Positions 52,520 to 64,000 of a stretch of DNA of 64,000 nucleotides are shown here, piece by piece. Position 1 is the stretch's first letter; the number at the start of each line of letters is the position of its first letter. Source of the DNA: Isurus oxyrinchus. Its lineage: Eukaryota. The DNA is taken from NCBI GenBank assembly GCA_026770705.1, contig JANJGN010000030.1:13206001-13270000 (forward strand). The letters run 5' to 3'. The notes beneath the pieces were generated by a model. It had not been told where the DNA came from. It ran no database searches and was given only the letters and a program-made list of their open reading frames with translations. The translations under genes and the position numbers were made by a program.

Positions 52520-52795
52520 ACATAGAGGGCATTTAAGAGTCAACCACTGCTGTTGGAACTACATGTAGGCCAGACCAGGTTAAGAGTGACAGATTTCCTC
52601 CCTTGACAGAGGAAGGACACTAGGGAACCAAATTGGATTTTGCAGCAATTTGGTAGTTTGATCACTATTCCAAATGTAAAAATTAATTGAATTTAAATTC
52701 CTCCAGCTATCCTGGTGGGATTTCAACTCTTGTCCCCAGAAATTTTGTTCAGGCCACTGGATTACTAGTCCTGTAACATGACTATTATGCTACCA
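52520..52795 (-). mobile_element. tRNA-derived SINE
   Basis: Minus strand begins ggtagcataatagtcatgttacaggactagtaatccag (tRNA-like) with B-box-like gagttgaaatccc; the body matches 20785-20850. Confidence 0.6.
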
Positions 52796-52910
52796 TCCTC
52801 CCCTGGCTGTGTACTTGGCTCAGAAACCTCCTAATTTGGTATTTGGAGGGGAGGTGGGGAATAAATGCAGACTTAATAGATTTCCATTAGAGCTGCACCT
52901 AGACAATCCT

Positions 52911-53012
52911 AAACAAAAACAGAATTACATGGAAAAACTCAGCAGGTCTGGCAGCATCGGCGGAGAAGAAAAGAGTTGATGTTTCGAGTCCTCATGACCC
53001 TTCAACAGAACT
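52911..53012. mobile_element. Short Penelope terminal fragment
   Basis: Near-identical to 29224-29326. Confidence 0.75.
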
Positions 53013-55477
53013 GGGTGAATCCCCTGTTCACCAACTTCAGCAGAACAGCTCCTCCGCTGAGTGTGGAGATACAAAATGTGGGTGTTTGTGAGAAGATGAA
53101 ATATCACAAATCCTTTAATAAGGGATATTTAACCTATCAGTGGGGAGCAAGGAAGTACTTCAGATTGAAATTATTGCTCTACAATTTTTTTCCAGGAGAT
53201 ATTCTAGGAGTTCTAAATGTTCTAGGAGATATTCCTATTTGTAGTATATTCTGGCTCGTAACAGGAACATAACCAGGCACAATCATGAACCATGGCCCTG
53301 TGGGTTGCATTTTTTAGACAACTTTAATATTAGTTGGATGTTACTACTTCGTCCTGTGCGTCTTACCACTGTTTAAAGTGTCATAGGTTACTTTGTTTAT
53401 TTTGTATTGATCGTCAGTGAACTGTCATAAATGAGCTTTTTGTAGCAGTTTGGTACAATGATTGACATGCAGTGGCTGCTGTTTGAAAGTAATCTGCTGA
53501 CCAGATGCCAGTCATGCTAAATTTTCCAGCCAAAGCAAATCTCTAATTTGTTCTTGTGCAAACAACCTGTTTGTGGGCAGGTTGGGGGGTGGGGGTCTGG
53601 GGCGGGGGGGTGGGGGGGTGTTGGGGAAGCAAGGATTCAGACAAATTGTAGTCTGTTGAAATTACAGTGTGTGACTGAGATTGGAAGGTGATGCAAAAGA
53701 GGGAAAAGATTGTGAATTTTCTTTTGGAAACTTCAAAAATTTAGAGGTACTATAGGATCTGCACCTAGTGGAGGTATAAATTAGAACTGTTGTATGGGCT
53801 CAGTATTCATGCCTACTGCCCTGCCACCATTCTGTACAGGCTCAGACATCACAACCACTGTTCAGCTGTCATTCTGTTCCATACTGGGAGCTTGAGAGCA
53901 CCTCAATTTTCTAACAGCACGATGGACCTCATGATTGGCTCAAAAATGTTATTCAGGCTGAAACTTCATTTGGCTGCATTATGTTGGAAAATAGTTTGAT
54001 TTACACTGAAAATTAATAATGATTTTTTGAAACCATGCATATACTTGATTTTGTTAAAGAATTTGTTCTCAAAAGCTGGAAGATGAGGTTCTCGTGAAGT
54101 GTGAAAACGGGAGTCCAAATACTTAGATAAAATTAAAATTTTACTGTTTACTGCCATAAGCAGAATTTTGGAACCATGTTACTGACAAACACTTTTTAAA
54201 TTGGATGGATTTCCAAGCCAGTAACTTGGAGTTTTGAACCACCTTTTGTTATCAGGATTGTTCCTCACTTATTACTGTAGTTGTACAATTGCAGTCTGTC
54301 TTAGATGTAGAGATTTGCAGGAAGTACAGATTGATTTTGCAGTGAGCATTGAACACATTGAGAAAACTCAATGGGCTGATTTCCAACTGCCATGTGGAGA
54401 AGTGCACCTTTGGTTTCAGAACCATTCACATGGAGTTTACAGCTTTTTGATTGGATGATCCACCAAAGCTAGTGTGTTGTAAAGATCCCAGTTAAATTCC
54501 TGATGCACTGAACTTGTATCTGCAAGAACCCTGAAAAAACAGCCTGGTTTTCCTCCTCTTCCTCTCGTGATTGATAAGTTATTGATGTCACGATGACTTG
54601 ACAGCCTTCATTCGTTGACATGTAATGACACTGCTGTGGCATCACTGAACAGGATGAGACAAGTACATTTAACTCAAGTAAGTGAGCAAAGTTCTTTTTA
54701 ATCTAATGAAACCATCTGTAAAGAAAGACCTTTAAAGTTAGTGAACTGAGATGAAATGTTATGGGTTGAATAATATATACTATGAGTTGTGATGTACCTG
54801 TTATATGATTCATTTGAATTCTTTGGGCAATTATGCCGGAGCACAAGTTATTTGAAATCTAATTCTCAACTCTGTAATTGGATAGGCTAACAAATGTTTC
54901 TGTTGTTTGAGGTTCAGACTCTTCTCTATTTGGGTTGTAACAAGCCTCCACTATTTGTGGTCTTGAGCTTCTGACTCGATATTGAAGCTTTGCAACTATC
55001 AGGAAATCAAAATCATGCTTGGGTTTTATTTTGAACCAGGAGTGCAATCAATTTGGATTTACTTTGTAGAGTTGAGTAGTGAAAAATTACTAACGCCACT
55101 CGACCCTGAAAATAAACAAATGAGTCCTTGGCTCATAACCAGCATGCTGAAGTTTCAGTGCTTTGTTGTAACCCTAATATTGTGGAAACTGCTTTTAACA
55201 GGAGTGCTGTACATTCAGTGAAACAGACTGCTGGCTGCAATATTGTATAACAGGTGGTGGCATTGCCCCAGACTCTACATGTGATGCACTGAAACCGCTG
55301 AAGTAGTTGCCATCACCAGATGGTTTCTCGTGTTTTCTTCTGCCACCATCCAAAAAGTCAATTGTTCATTGAATCGATTGAAACTCAAAGGAACACAGTT
55401 TAATCATATTTATCTTGCCCCAAATTTTAAGAGGTTCGCTGGCTTTACTGGCAGGTTCTTCTGTTTCTTTGTCTCAG

Positions 55478-57196
55478 ATTCTTGCACCTTTTCAACCAGA
55501 AATGCAATTTGACTTGAGCAACAGAGAGGAGTTCAAGTTGGCAAAGAAAAATGAGACACACCAATTTGGCAAGTCCATTGTGGAGATGGAACAGGTTCTA
55601 CTGCAACTAAATGAAACTCTGTCTCCAACAGGCCCGGCAAGTGTATTGCGCAATCAACAAGTTGCATTACAAGATAATAGATCCGGTAAGCCTTTGAAAA
55701 AGCAGAAAGTTCCACTGGAGGATTGGAGGGTTTTTGCTGAATCAGGCAAAGCTGTTACATTAAAACAACAGGCTCTGTTGCAGCATAACAGAACTCTAAG
55801 TATTAAACAGAAACCCACTACAGATAAACAGCCTGCATTAATAAATGATCAAGGTTACTGTAACTCATTTGGGGACATTATAGTGGAGGAGCATGAGGCG
55901 CCATTAAAAATTAGTAGAACTTCAAAGAGTATGTTTGTCCAGTTAACCACAAGGAAACCACAGGCTTATAATAGTATGTCTGTCAGGCAAAAGTCAGTTC
56001 TTTTACTAAAGGCTAATGGCCCCAGCAGTATATCAAGAAAACCTGACCCAGGACAGCAACAGGTGATACTACTTGAGGAAGTGACTCCCTCTGTTGTCCT
56101 TGATGAGCCTGATGTAAGTAAACCACATGTAATATTACAAGAAAATAAGACTCAGTATAATGAGAGAACTTCAGAAAATCAACATACAGTATTGCTAGAG
56201 AATAGAGCTCCCTTTAATGCATTTGCTGAACCTCCTGTGGAGCAGCAGGTTCTATTGCCGGATGACCAAACTCCCAAAGGCATTTATAAACCTGTCCCAG
56301 ACAACAGAAAGAGGATGATCATACAAGATAGCATAATTCCCTACAATACAAAGAGAGCCACCGCCTGGGGCATTCAGGCTTGGGATGAGTGGGCTAGAAA
56401 CCGAAATAACTGCTTCATGGAAAATAATATGGAATGCTGTGAGTCAACCCTTTATGTGCCGGTACTGTCTCATGAAATAACTCACAGTGAACTGAATTTC
56501 TGGCTGTGCCACTTTGTGGAAGAAGTCCGTCGGCGGGATGGATCATTTTATCCACCTAATTCTCTCCGTCTCCTGTGCTGCTCCATCTTGCGATACTTGC
56601 GTGAAACCTGCCAGCGACTAGACATTGATTTCTTTAACGAATATAATATGGAGTATGCTGCATTTCGGGCTATCCTTGACAGACGCATGAGAAAACTTAA
56701 ACAACAGGGGATTGGTATAGTAAGGAAACAAGCACAGCCTTATTCAGAGGAAGAGGAAGAAAAACTGTGGCAACTAGTTTTTCAACTTCACGATGCAAGA
56801 AGTTACAGTTATGCTGTCTATTTCTACCTCTGTAAAGTCTTTGGTGTACACGCAGCAGTAGAACACAATAAATTGATGGTTGATCAGTTTACCTTTGGAG
56901 CTGATGAAATTGGAGAATATTTGGAATTTGTGGCAAAGCCTTACAGAGGCGGGATCCAAAGAACTAAAGGACACACTTGGCAGTATGCAGATTTAACCAA
57001 CCCAAGGTGTATTGTTTCTCTTTTTCGTCGCTACCTCAGCATGGTTCCAAGTAATGGTCCGTTTTACCGGCGCCCTCTTCCCGGGCGGCTGGAATTCTGT
57101 CAGCAGGCTATTGGAGTTCACACACTGGAGCGTTACTCCAAAGAAATCTGTGAGGCAGGTGGCATTTCAGGACGGCATACTGGCCAATCTGGAAGG
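55478..57196 (+). CDS. 1719-nt exon: degenerate repeat region plus Crypton/DUF3504 tyrosine-recombinase-like domain; predicted alternative ATF7IP exon
   Basis: Uninterrupted 573 codons. IPYNTKRATAWG...W..W, ELNFWLCHFVEEVRRRDGSFYPPNSL, LDRRMRKLKQQGIG...EEEEKLW, FGVHAAVEH, NPRCIVSLFRRYLS, FYRRP, IGVHTL and HTGQSGR are DUF3504/Crypton motifs (ZMYM2-4, QRICH1, KCTD1, KIAA1958 type). Acceptor ttcttctgtttctttgtctcag, donor AGG/gtaagt, both phase 0. Confidence 0.9.
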
Positions 57197-59846
57197 GTAA
57201 GTATGAACAGTGTTTTGTTAATGTTGCAAAGACAGTAGGTGTTTTACTCCCTGGTGTCTATTATATGCATTTCAATGCATCTAACAGTCTGTGTAGAAGT
57301 TAACCCATTGTAGGTATAGTTTGTTGTTAGATGCTATATTTATGCATTCTGTATTTTAAAGGTCAAGTGACAAAGCCTCTTTTTTTACACAATTGTGAAC
57401 TGGAAGAAAACTTAAGTTGCATATACTACTGCATTTTAATTTGATTGCTTTGCCTATTTTAACCCCAATCACTGGTTCTGCTGCCTCCACTTTTGGCACT
57501 TGCTTATAGACCAAATTTAGCCTTGATGCAGCCTTCACTGAGACCCAAGATTGTCTGGTAGGAGCTAATATTCAAGAAGGCTGTCAGATTATATTGTTCA
57601 TATATTCTTCATGCTTTCCCCCTTCTACCCCCTCATCCTTTCCAGTAGGTTTCTGCACGTTGGTCCTTCCAGTGCTCAGGAGTCTCGTCCAACTGCAACA
57701 GGGGTAATGGCAGTCAGTCCTGGAACTTGAATTGCAACTAATAGGCTAAAATTCTACTGCGTGCCACCTGCATTTCTGTTAGCTTCCCACCAAAAGGATG
57801 TCATAATTGTCTAGTAACTGGGAAGCTCTGAGAAACCAATTCCATAATGTTAAAAATGTTGCTTTTAAATTGGGACTCATTAAGATTGTACTGTAAGTAG
57901 ATCAAGTCATCTTCAAAGTGTTGTGGTTACAATTCCATTGAAATTGATGAAGTTTTTGTCCAGCCAGAAATAAATTTGCTCCAGTAACAGACATGGTTGA
58001 ACATGATCTGGAGAGATTGCACCTGTATAATTATAGCCTGCTTCCAGAGATGGTAAATAGTTTCCCAATACACTCTGGTAGCCTTTTCTGAGATTATTTC
58101 AGCTAGGATGAGACTTTTCATGTTGCTTCAGTGGGAATATGAACTTATTCGAGTGTATGATACCATTCAAAAAATCAGCTCTGATTTCCAGTGTTGTAAC
58201 CCCAAAACCAAATATAACCAACTAGAATAAAACTTTATCCTGTTTCCTCCCACCCTGACCTTTTCATACATTAACTTTGCAGTAAGCAGTGATTTACAGA
58301 GATGTGTGAGATCCGTCCATCAATTATCTTTTACTGCAGAAACTTTTTTTCAGTTAATGAAATTTCATTGGTGAGAGCACTCTTGACAGGACAGCTAGAT
58401 TAATTCAAAATTGACATTGATTACCTCTCAGATCATAGCATATATATAAAATAATGTTTATTGCAATGTGCAGCTGCCACCTCCTAGCAATAAAAGTTTT
58501 CAAATTGTTTTTTGACAAAGATATTTTAACTAGGCTTACTGTATTAGGGTCCAAAGTGGGTTCCACTTAGATTGCATTCCTTGCATTATATTCAACAATT
58601 TAATGAAGAATTTGTTTAACCTTTCCAAAAGAATATATTTTCAATTATATTAAAATTTAGGTTCTGAATTATCCTAGTCAAACTCTCCAGACGTTTGACG
58701 GAACCTTAACGAATCATGTAAAATATTAAACTTCATATTTTAATTATTCTGTATAGGACCAGAGAAATTAGCTTGAATAAGAATAATGCCATTTTAAAAC
58801 TAGTATTAGGAAGAATTACTTTACGAAGGGTGATAAATTCTGGAATGAACTGCCAAAGTAGGAGGAGGAAAAGGGTTTTCTACAAATTCAGCAGTTTGGT
58901 TGCTAAAGAGATGAGTTTTGGTGAACTCATTTACCATCCTCACTATAACTGTTTGATATGACTTTTGAATAAGTTGGAAGACTTGATAAATCTGCATTCC
59001 AACTGTAGCAAATCCTCCACTGTTTCCGTGGCTTATGGAGGACTTCCATTTTAGTACATGGTCTGTCTCATTAGAAGGTTTGAGAACCTTATTTCAACAG
59101 TGTTCAGTCTTGGGGGCAGTACAGTGAGGTTGAAGGTACTAAGAGCATTTGTAGGTAAGTGTTAAATCATTTTTCATCAACATAATCTGACAGCACAGCT
59201 TATATGTCATCACTGAGTTCCCTTCCTAGCTATTGCCCTTATTTTCATAGTTTAATATTGCCAGACCTAAATGTTTACCTAAGACAAAATTTAAAAACAC
59301 CATTATCCGAATAGTTTCATTTTTTGAAATTGGATTTGTATTTTTTGTTCACAATGACCATTGACGTTCTAATCAGAAATTGAGAAAAGCTTTGTCATTT
59401 GAACTTTAAAAAAACTTTCTGATAATTTTTAATACTTGATACTTGTGGCTTATTGGTGTTAATACAGCGGAGCCCTGCAACAGATCAACATCCAAATTGC
59501 AAAAGGATTTTTCCCCCAGTGTTTAACCATGTTAAAATAATATTAGCTATATTCTAAAGTAGCAGCAAATTTTGTTAACAGTATTGTGATTTCAATAAAG
59601 TTGATCTGAAGTGGACTTCGTCACAGTCTTGAGTTATTGCTGTTGAATTAAAAATGCAGGGTGCTGTATGTGCTACTCTCTCTGATAAATTGTTCATTGC
59701 AAGTATGTATACAATAAGCCCTCACTTTTGCACTGTGACAGACCCCGGTACTTTTTACATTGGGTATCAACTGTCAGTGATGATGGAAACCACCATTTCT
59801 GTATCTTCCTTTATCCTCTGCTTCCCCACCACAACGATGAAGCTAA

Positions 59847-60060
59847 CTGAAATAAAAACACAAAATGCTGGAAAAACTCAGGCCTGGCAGCATCTGAGGC
59901 AAGGGAAATGGAGTTAATGTTTGACTCTTCAGAGTTCTGAAACGGACTCGAGACATTAACTCTATTTCTCTCTCCACAGACACTGCCAGACCGGCTGAGA
60001 TTTTCCAGCATTTTCTGTCATTATTTCAGATTTCCAGCATCCACAGTATTTTGCATTTAT
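59847..60060. mobile_element. Penelope-derived hairpin repeat
   Basis: ctgaaataaaaacacaaaatgctggaaaaactcag pairs with ctgagattttccagcattttctgtcattatttcag. Confidence 0.75.
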
Positions 60061-62029
60061 CTTGATGAAACTGTGTGACAGGAAATGAGTTCTGACATCA
60101 GACACTGCACATGCCTGAGCTATAGTTATTACTAGCTGGCTTTTTGTTTGCTTGCACTAGCAAACCTGATGATCAATCTTGATCAATGCTGCTCATCGAA
60201 TTGCTAAGCTGTTGTTACATCAGTCGACAACAGGATTTGTCCAAGTGGCTGAGATCAAAATTTTGAAAACTGAAATTCAGCTGCAAAGTAAAACTGATGC
60301 AGTATGCCCATGATCTCACAAGTACACTTTTTTTGTTGGCATCAGTATATTGGAGAAACACATCAATTACTGTATTCTGTTTTTTGTCCAATGGTATAGT
60401 GGGGGCCTATTGTATATTTGTTGCAAAAATAATTTAATTCATCTTAGACTGAAACATTCAACAACAGAAATTGCTGACTGTAGTTATACAAATTTTTATT
60501 GAACAAAGAGTTCAAACTCTTCTAACTCCAAGCCCTTGCTCATAACTTTGCATCTAGTAAATTGACCAGTGACAATTTACTTAAGATTGAGCATTGTAAC
60601 AAGTGTTTTTCCTTTTTTGGGGGGGGGGAGGGGGGTTGGGACAGGAGAGGGAATTCTTTTGTTGATGTCTTTGACCATCCAAGCTATTGAAGAGATTTTT
60701 TGGGGTCAAGTATCAGCAAATTCTGTATATTGCTTAATATTTTGTTTTTTAGTGATAGTGGTTTTGAATGTATAATGTGGCTCTCACTTGGGTTTTCTGA
60801 AACTGCCAAATTAATTTATGTTTAACAAAAAAAATCTCTGGTCAAATTGGTTTTGCAAGGAAAAAAAAATATTGACTTGTGCTGTGGTAGAAGTCCATGA
60901 GTCCTGTCTTCACTGGGCCTGCAAACAATTGAACTTGCTGGATGGATGTGCATCCATTGCTATTGAAAATTGACTGGATCACTCAATTTATGTTCACCAG
61001 CTTCACTGTTGCTAAACGCACAAGAGTGTAGAATATGATGTAATTAACTGAGGTGCAATGTTGTTGTTACAGAATTTAAATTAGCCAACCCAAAAAATTC
61101 AGAATGGAAGTGATGTCATGGCATATTTTTTTGGACCTTGCTGTTATAAAATTCAGAATTAAAAGATAGATAAATGTGCCCTTGGGTTTACCCAGAATAA
61201 AGCCTTCATCATGGTTCTCTTGCCCTTCAATTAAATTCTGCTTGCTGTCCTATTTAATCCCTTTAATCCCACTTCTTCCCCCTTGTCCATTTTTTAATTC
61301 ACTTGACACAATCACTTTTTAATGTGAATTTCACACTTTTTTAAGGATCTATTTGTGTCACACTGGTTAGTTATAAGTGTTTATAGGTGCTAGGTGACAA
61401 CCTAATCCCCACCAAATTGCAATGATAGTCATTGCAGAAGTGAGCTGAATGGGTGTTCAGCGATTTTAAGATGTGTTGAATGTATCTCCTCTGAGAGAAA
61501 TCTATTATACTGGTGAAACCCTATTATTGTCATTTCACACTATTGCATTTGTGTTGCCTTTTAGTTTACTTAAAAGTCAACTAGGCATTAACAGAATTCA
61601 CCACTTGAGTTGTATTGGCAAAATGTTTATTTCTTTGTGGAACCATAATTGCAAGTACTGTAAATCCTTTTGCTATTGTGTTTCGCAAACCTTTTGTATA
61701 GGGGAATGCATTAAAGGTTTGGATTTCCTAAATGGCTTTCCCAGTTCATGATATGGCTGACCAATGGGGCATTACAGTCATTCTGGCAAACAAAAAGTAG
61801 TGCTACTATGTTGTACCTTGCAAATGTTAATTAAATTCACCCCAATTTCAAAAAGCCAAAACCGTAAGAAGAAAAACCATTTTGATGCAGTTCAAATCAG
61901 TAGCGCCTAAGTGGTTATCAAATGAAAAATCTTAACGACGAACATCAGAAATCTGTCTGCACAACCCCAGTGACTTGTTCATCTACGCAGGCCTATTTTT
62001 ACTTTTTGTGTGTGTTCATTTTGTTGTAG

Positions 62030-62287
62030 GCCAGCAGTGTAGCTGCCCTTCACAGTCGTGGCTTTGATGAAGAGCTAATTAAGGAACGAATGGGAAATGG
62101 CAGTAGTGCAATGATGTCCTGCAAAAAGACTCAAATGAAGGCAGTATCTGACTGTTTGCAGCCTCCAAATCCTTTGAAGAAAATCTCAGCTTGTTCACAG
62201 TCGTCATCTGCCTTGAGACAGCAAAGTGTTTGTGCACACGAAGCAGTGACCAATAGTCCCCAGCCAGAAACTGAAGTTACAAACTGA
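62030..62287 (+). CDS. Terminal coding exon completing the Crypton/DUF3504 domain
   Basis: Acceptor ttcattttgttgtag, phase 0. ASSVAALHSRGFDEELIKERMGNGSSAMMSCKKTQMKAVSDCLQPP continues the recombinase box II pattern (AT..T.L...G.DE.LI.ERTGH.S.....YK......VS..L). Stop TGA at 62285-62287. Confidence 0.88.
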   Translation, partial: ASSVAALHSRGFDEELIKERMGNGSSAMMSCKKTQMKAVSDCLQPPNPLKKISACSQSSSALRQQSVCAHEAVTNSPQPETEVTN

Positions 62288-62780
62288 GAAGAATTGGTGA
62301 TGGTTGAACTGCCTTGTAGTACACTTTCAACGTTACCAATGTCTTTGTCAAAGTTGCAGTAATGTCAACCTATTATGCTGCTAGAATCTTAACAGTGGTG
62401 TGAAATGACTCCATTTTTATCAGGTTGTAAGAATATGAAACAAACTGATGAGGGGAGATGTGATGTACCTCCTGATTTCTGTGTGTAGCAGTATTTGAGT
62501 TTTTAAGCTCCCATCTGGAAGTGGCTACATTGAGTCAAGAACTGGGGAGGGGAGGCTGGGGATAATGCAAACGTTTTAGTGTTATTTCCTACTAGTGTAA
62601 GATGGTTAAATTTGCAAGGTGATTCTTTTCAAGCACTTTCTCTTCTGTTATGCTATAAATGGATTTATCGTATGTGGTTGTCAGTAATACTAAGGTATTT
62701 TTATCCTTTTTAATTTTGAGATTTCACGTGCAATAAGCAACTAAATGTTAATAACAAAATTGTTACCCTGTCTCCTCATA

Positions 62781-62786
62781 ATTAAA
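62781..62786 (+). terminator. Candidate variant poly(A) signal ATTAAA for the Crypton-ending isoform
   Basis: ATTAAA about 500 nt after the stop, in AT-rich sequence with T/GT-rich sequence downstream; a chance match is possible. Confidence 0.3.
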
Positions 62787-62967
62787 ATTAGTTAAGTCTA
62801 TATAATATATATATATATAATCCCATTGGATTTTATTCTCATTTGCCTAGCAAAGTTACCATCTTTGTTGCCTTGTGTCATTCCTCTTACCACATTGCTT
62901 ATGAGAAAAGATTGGTCTTGTACTTAATGCAGTTTCTGTGCAAGCACTAGCTGTAAAAAGCAAATAC

Positions 62968-64000
62968 TTTTTTCAGTCCGTGGGATATGGGTATCACTGG
63001 CCAGCATTTGTTCTCCATCCTCAATTGCCTTTTAAGGAGCTGGTGGTGATTAACAGTCTTGAACCACTATGGTCCATGTGGTCTTGGTACAACCATAGTG
63101 CTTTTAGGTAGGAAGTCCCATGGTTTTGACCCATTGACGATTAAGGCATGGTAGTATGTTTTCAAGTCAGGATGGTGTGTGACTTGAAGGGAACTTGCAA
63201 GTGGTGGTGCTCCCATATATCAGCTGCCCCCTTCTAGGTGGTAGAAAACTTAAGTTAGGAAGGTGCTGTCAAGGGAAGCCTTGGCAAGTTGTTGCTGTGC
63301 GCTGTGTAGATTGTAAATCCTGTCAGGTGTGCCATTGGCAGAGGGAGTGAATGTTTTAGTGTGGTGGATGGAGTGCTGATCATGTAGTCCTGGATGGTGT
63401 CAAATTTGAGTGCTGTTGCAGTTGCACTCAGGAGTGTGATGGAATATTCTGGCTGATGCTTGTGGACAGAGTTTGGGGAGTTGGGAGGTGAGTTACCTAC
63501 TGTAGAATACTCTGCCTCTGGCCTCTTGTAGCCACAGTAATAACTGGTCCAGTTAACTTTCCTGTCAATTGTAAACCCCAAGATAATGTTAGTGGGGGAT
63601 TCAGCAATAGTAATGCCATTGAATTTCAAAGGGACATGGCTAGATTCTCCCTTGTTTGGGATAGTTTTTCCTGGCACTTGTATGGCATGGATGTAACTTG
63701 CCACTTAACTGTCCAAGACTGAATGTTGCCTGGATCTTGCTGCATATGGACATGGACTGCTTCAGCATCTAAGGAGTTATGAATGGTGCTGAACATTGTG
63801 CAATCATCAGCAAACATCCCACTTCTGATTTTATTATGGAAAGATCATTGATGAAGCCGCTGCAAATGGTTGGGCCTAGAACATTGCCCTGAGGAACTCC
63901 TGCAGCGATGTCATAGCCTTTATGCTAGGTTTGACTCACAACTAGTGGAAAGTTTTCCTCCTGATTCCCATTGACTTCAATTTTACTAAGGCTCCTTGAT
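62968..64000 (-). mobile_element. FADD-family LINE, antisense, runs off the window end
   Basis: Minus ORF MFADDCTMFSTIHNS (63626-63817); tail tgggatatgggtatcactggccagcatt. Confidence 0.85.

Noticed and set aside
55455-55477. Alternative acceptor GGCAG upstream of 55478
   Set aside because: Out of frame with the long ORF for a phase-0 donor and has a poorer pyrimidine tract.
55415-57238. Stand-alone 607-aa gene or autonomous Crypton transposon
   Set aside because: The ORF start is a TTG in intron-like sequence, strong in-phase splice sites bound it, the domain is completed by the exon at 62030, catalytic residues are lost and I saw no element termini. An internal ATG at 55502 cannot be fully excluded.

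Overview
Vertebrate genomic DNA. The repeat content (CR1/HER1-like LINEs, L2, RTE, Deu-domain SINEs, Penelope hairpins) suggests a cartilaginous fish; this is an inference. The window lies inside an ATF7IP (MCAF1) gene on the + strand. About 32 kb of repeat-rich upstream intron is followed by five frame-consistent ATF7IP coding exons (32441-48622), which end with the SETDB1-binding coiled-coil region. Next come two exons (55478-57196, 62030-62287) encoding about 12 degenerate 21-22-aa repeats and a Crypton/DUF3504 tyrosine-recombinase-like domain whose catalytic residues are substituted. All splice phases join into one predicted 1166-aa ATF7IP-Crypton fusion isoform that would lack the canonical C-terminal SIM and FNIII domain. 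I found no canonical downstream ATF7IP exons in the window. Also present: a decayed full-length Gypsy element with LTRs and TSD nested in a SINE, a Tigger-like MITE, a Tigger transposase relic, a hAT non-autonomous element and a GC-AG intron. All family assignments come from motif recognition by eye; no searches were run.
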